A stretch of DNA of 64,000 nucleotides from the human T2T-CHM13v2.0 reference genome, Homo sapiens. Position numbers and translations under genes: made by a program. Positions within the stretch are counted from its first letter, which is position 1; every line of letters starts with the position of its first letter. Below are positions 62,001 to 64,000 of this stretch, in pieces. The notes below the pieces were generated by a model that was not told the DNA's origin, did no database searches, and was given only the letters and a program-made list of their open reading frames with translations. Location: assembly GCF_009914755.1 (NCBI RefSeq), contig NC_060935.1, one strand, 5' to 3'.

Positions 62001-64000
62001 CGACTGCTTTGAGGCCTACTGTAGTAAAGGAAATAACTTCATCTAAAAACCAAACGGAAGCATTCACAGACAATTCTTAGTGATCATTGGATTGAACTAA
62101 CAGAGCTGAACATTCCTTTAGATGGCGCAGTTTCCAAACACACTTTCTGTAGAATCTGCCACTGGATATTTGGACCTCTCTGAGGATTTCGTTGGAAACG
62201 GGCTAAATTTCCCAGAACTACACTGAAGCATTCTGAGAAACTTCTTTGTGATGTTTGCATTCAACTCACAGAGTTGAACCTTGCTTTCATAGTTCAGCTT
62301 TCAAACACTCTTTTTGTAGAATCTGCAAGTGGATATTTGGACCACTTTGTGGCCTTCCTTCGAAACGGGTATATCTTCACATCAAACCTAGACAGAAGCA
62401 TTCTCAGAATGTTTCCTGTGATGACTGCATTCAACTCACAGAGGTGAACAATCCTGCTGATGGAGCAGTTTTGAAACTCTCTTTCTTTGGATTCTGCAAG
62501 TGGATATGTGGACCTCTGTGAAGATTTCGTTGGAAACGGGTTCATCTTCACAGAAAAAATAACCAGGAGTATTCTCAGAAACTGCTTTGTGATGTTTGTG
62601 TTCCACTTCAGGAATTGAACTTTCCTCTTGACAGAGCAGCTCTGAAACCCTCTTTTTCTAGAATCTGCAAGTGGACATTTGGAGGGCTTTGAGGCCTGTG
62701 GTGGAAAAGGAAAATCTTCACATAAAAACTAGATGGAAGCACTCTCAGAAACTACTTTGTGATGATTGCATTCGACTCACAGAGTTGAACATTCCTATAG
62801 ATAGAGCAGGTTGTAAACAATCTTTTTGTAGAATCTGCGATTGGAGATTTGGACTGCTTTGAGGCCTACTGTAGTAAAGGAAATAACTTCATCTAAAAAC
62901 CAAACGGAAGCATTCACAGACAATTCTTAGTGATCATTGGATTGAACTAACAGAGCTGAACATTCCTTTAGATGGCGCAGTTTCCAAACACACTTTCTGT
63001 AGAATCTGCAAGTGGATATTTGGACCTCTCTGAGGATTTCGTTGGAAACGGGATAAACTTCCCAGAACTACACGGAAGTATTCTGAGAAACTTCTTTGTG
63101 ATGTTTGCATTCAACTCACAGAGTTGAACCTTGCTTTCATAGTTCAGCTTTCAAACACTCTTTTTGTAGAATCTGCAAGTGGATATTTGGACCACTTTGT
63201 GGCCTTCCTTCCAAACGGGTATATCTTCACATCAAACCTAGACAGAAGCATTCTCAGAATGTTTCCTGTGATGACTGCATTCAACTCACAGAGGTAAACA
63301 ATCCTGCTGATGGAGCAGTTTTGAAACTCTCTTTCTTTGGATTCTGCAAGTGGATATGTGGACCTCTGTGAAGATTTCGTTGGAAACGGGTTCATCTTCA
63401 CAGAAAAAATAACCAGGAGCATTCTCAGAAACTGCTTTGTGATGTTTGTGTTCCACTTCAGGAATTGAACTTTCCTCTTGACAGAGCAGCTCTGAAACCC
63501 TCTTTTTCTAGAATCTGCAAGTGGACATTTGGAGGGCTTTGAGGCCTGTGGTGGAAAAGGAAACTCTTCACATAAAAACTAGATGGAAGCATTCTCAGAA
63601 ACTACTTTGTGATGATTGCATTCGACTCACAGAGTTGAACATTCCTATAGATAGAGCACGTTGTAAACAATCTTTTTGTAGAATCTGTGATTGGAGATTT
63701 GGACTGCTTTGAGGCCTACTGTAGTAAAGGAAATAACTTCATCTAAAAACCAAACGGAAGCATTCACAGACAATTCTTAGTGATCATTGGATTGAACTAA
63801 CAGAGCTGAACATTCCTTTAGATGGAGCAGATTCCAAACACACTTTCTGTAGAATCTGCAACTGGATATTTGGACCTCTCTGAGGATTTCGTTGGAAACG
63901 GGATAAACTTCCCAGAACTACACGGAAGCATTCTGAGAAACTTCTTTGTGATGTTTGCATTCAACTCACAGAGTTGAACCTTGCTTTCATAGTTCAGCTT
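44043..64000 (+). repeat. Tandem duplication with a 13-HOR period (offset 11049-11050 bp), second copy truncated by the window end
   Basis: U53-U61 match U66-U74 (gatgtttccatttaac 44401/55450, attgtagatt, gattgagcta, tttaaaactc, gatttcattgg, gacattggg, cctacagat, aagtattgaa); ORF variants repeat at +11049. Confidence 0.9.

Larger units (their letters stand above)
1..64000 (+). repeat. D11Z1: Centromeric alpha-satellite HOR array, 850-bp pentameric unit (SF3, W1-W5); most likely human chromosome 11 D11Z1 (S3C11H1L)
   Basis: About 170-bp monomers with alphoid hallmarks (CATTCTCAGAAACT, TTTGTGATG, CATTCAACTCACAGAGTTGAAC, TGTAGAATCTGCAAGTGGATATTTGG, TTCGTTGGAAACGGG). Exact 850-bp periodicity: the ORF track recurs at 210, 1060, 2760 ... 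63105. One XbaI site per unit. A 0.85-kb XbaI pentamer is the established description of D11Z1. Alpha-satellite identity is essentially certain; the chromosome assignment is recalled, not searched. Confidence 0.93.

Noticed and set aside
210-63712. Recurrent 63-107 aa ORFs on both strands (MHSTHRVE..., MDIWRAL..., MLLFSFS...)
   Set aside because: They recur every 850 bp because the satellite does. Many start at TTG or GTG, they are freely broken by stops and frameshifts between copies, and they resemble no protein family I recognise. They are chance frames of alpha satellite.
1-64000. CRISPR-like or other repeat-spacer array, or a novel gene system
   Set aside because: The sequence between conserved motifs is itself repeated every 850 bp; there are no unique spacers and no associated genes. 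The window is fully explained as alpha satellite.
1-64000. Transposon insertion (L1/Alu), inversion or truncated HOR variant
   Set aside because: The 850-bp phase is kept end to end apart from five 1-bp deletions and the orientation never changes, leaving no room for an insertion or monomer loss.

Overview
The whole 64-kb window is one uninterrupted, single-orientation array of primate (human-type) centromeric alpha satellite. It is organised as an 850-bp, five-monomer higher-order repeat (HOR; monomers 168/170/171/170/171 bp measured from the CATTC anchor) in a B-B-B-A-A arrangement: two canonical CENP-B boxes, one degenerate box, two pJ-alpha-type A-box monomers and one XbaI site per HOR. 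This architecture matches suprachromosomal family 3 (W1-W5) and most likely the chromosome 11 active array D11Z1 (S3C11H1L); that assignment is from recall, not a database search. There are 75 complete HOR copies (numbered here U1-U75 from position 1) plus 255 bp, and only five 1-bp deletions. I saw no genes, transposon insertions or inversions, and all listed ORFs are recurring satellite artefacts. I found no support for a new gene system. The structure worth attention lies in the shared single-base variants between copies: nested multi-HOR duplications (3, 5, 8, 12, 13 and 57 HOR offsets), hybrid HORs marking in-register crossovers, two interleaved HOR sub-lineages, and a central zone with heavy CENP-B box loss. 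Variant comparisons and counts were made by eye and need confirmation by alignment.
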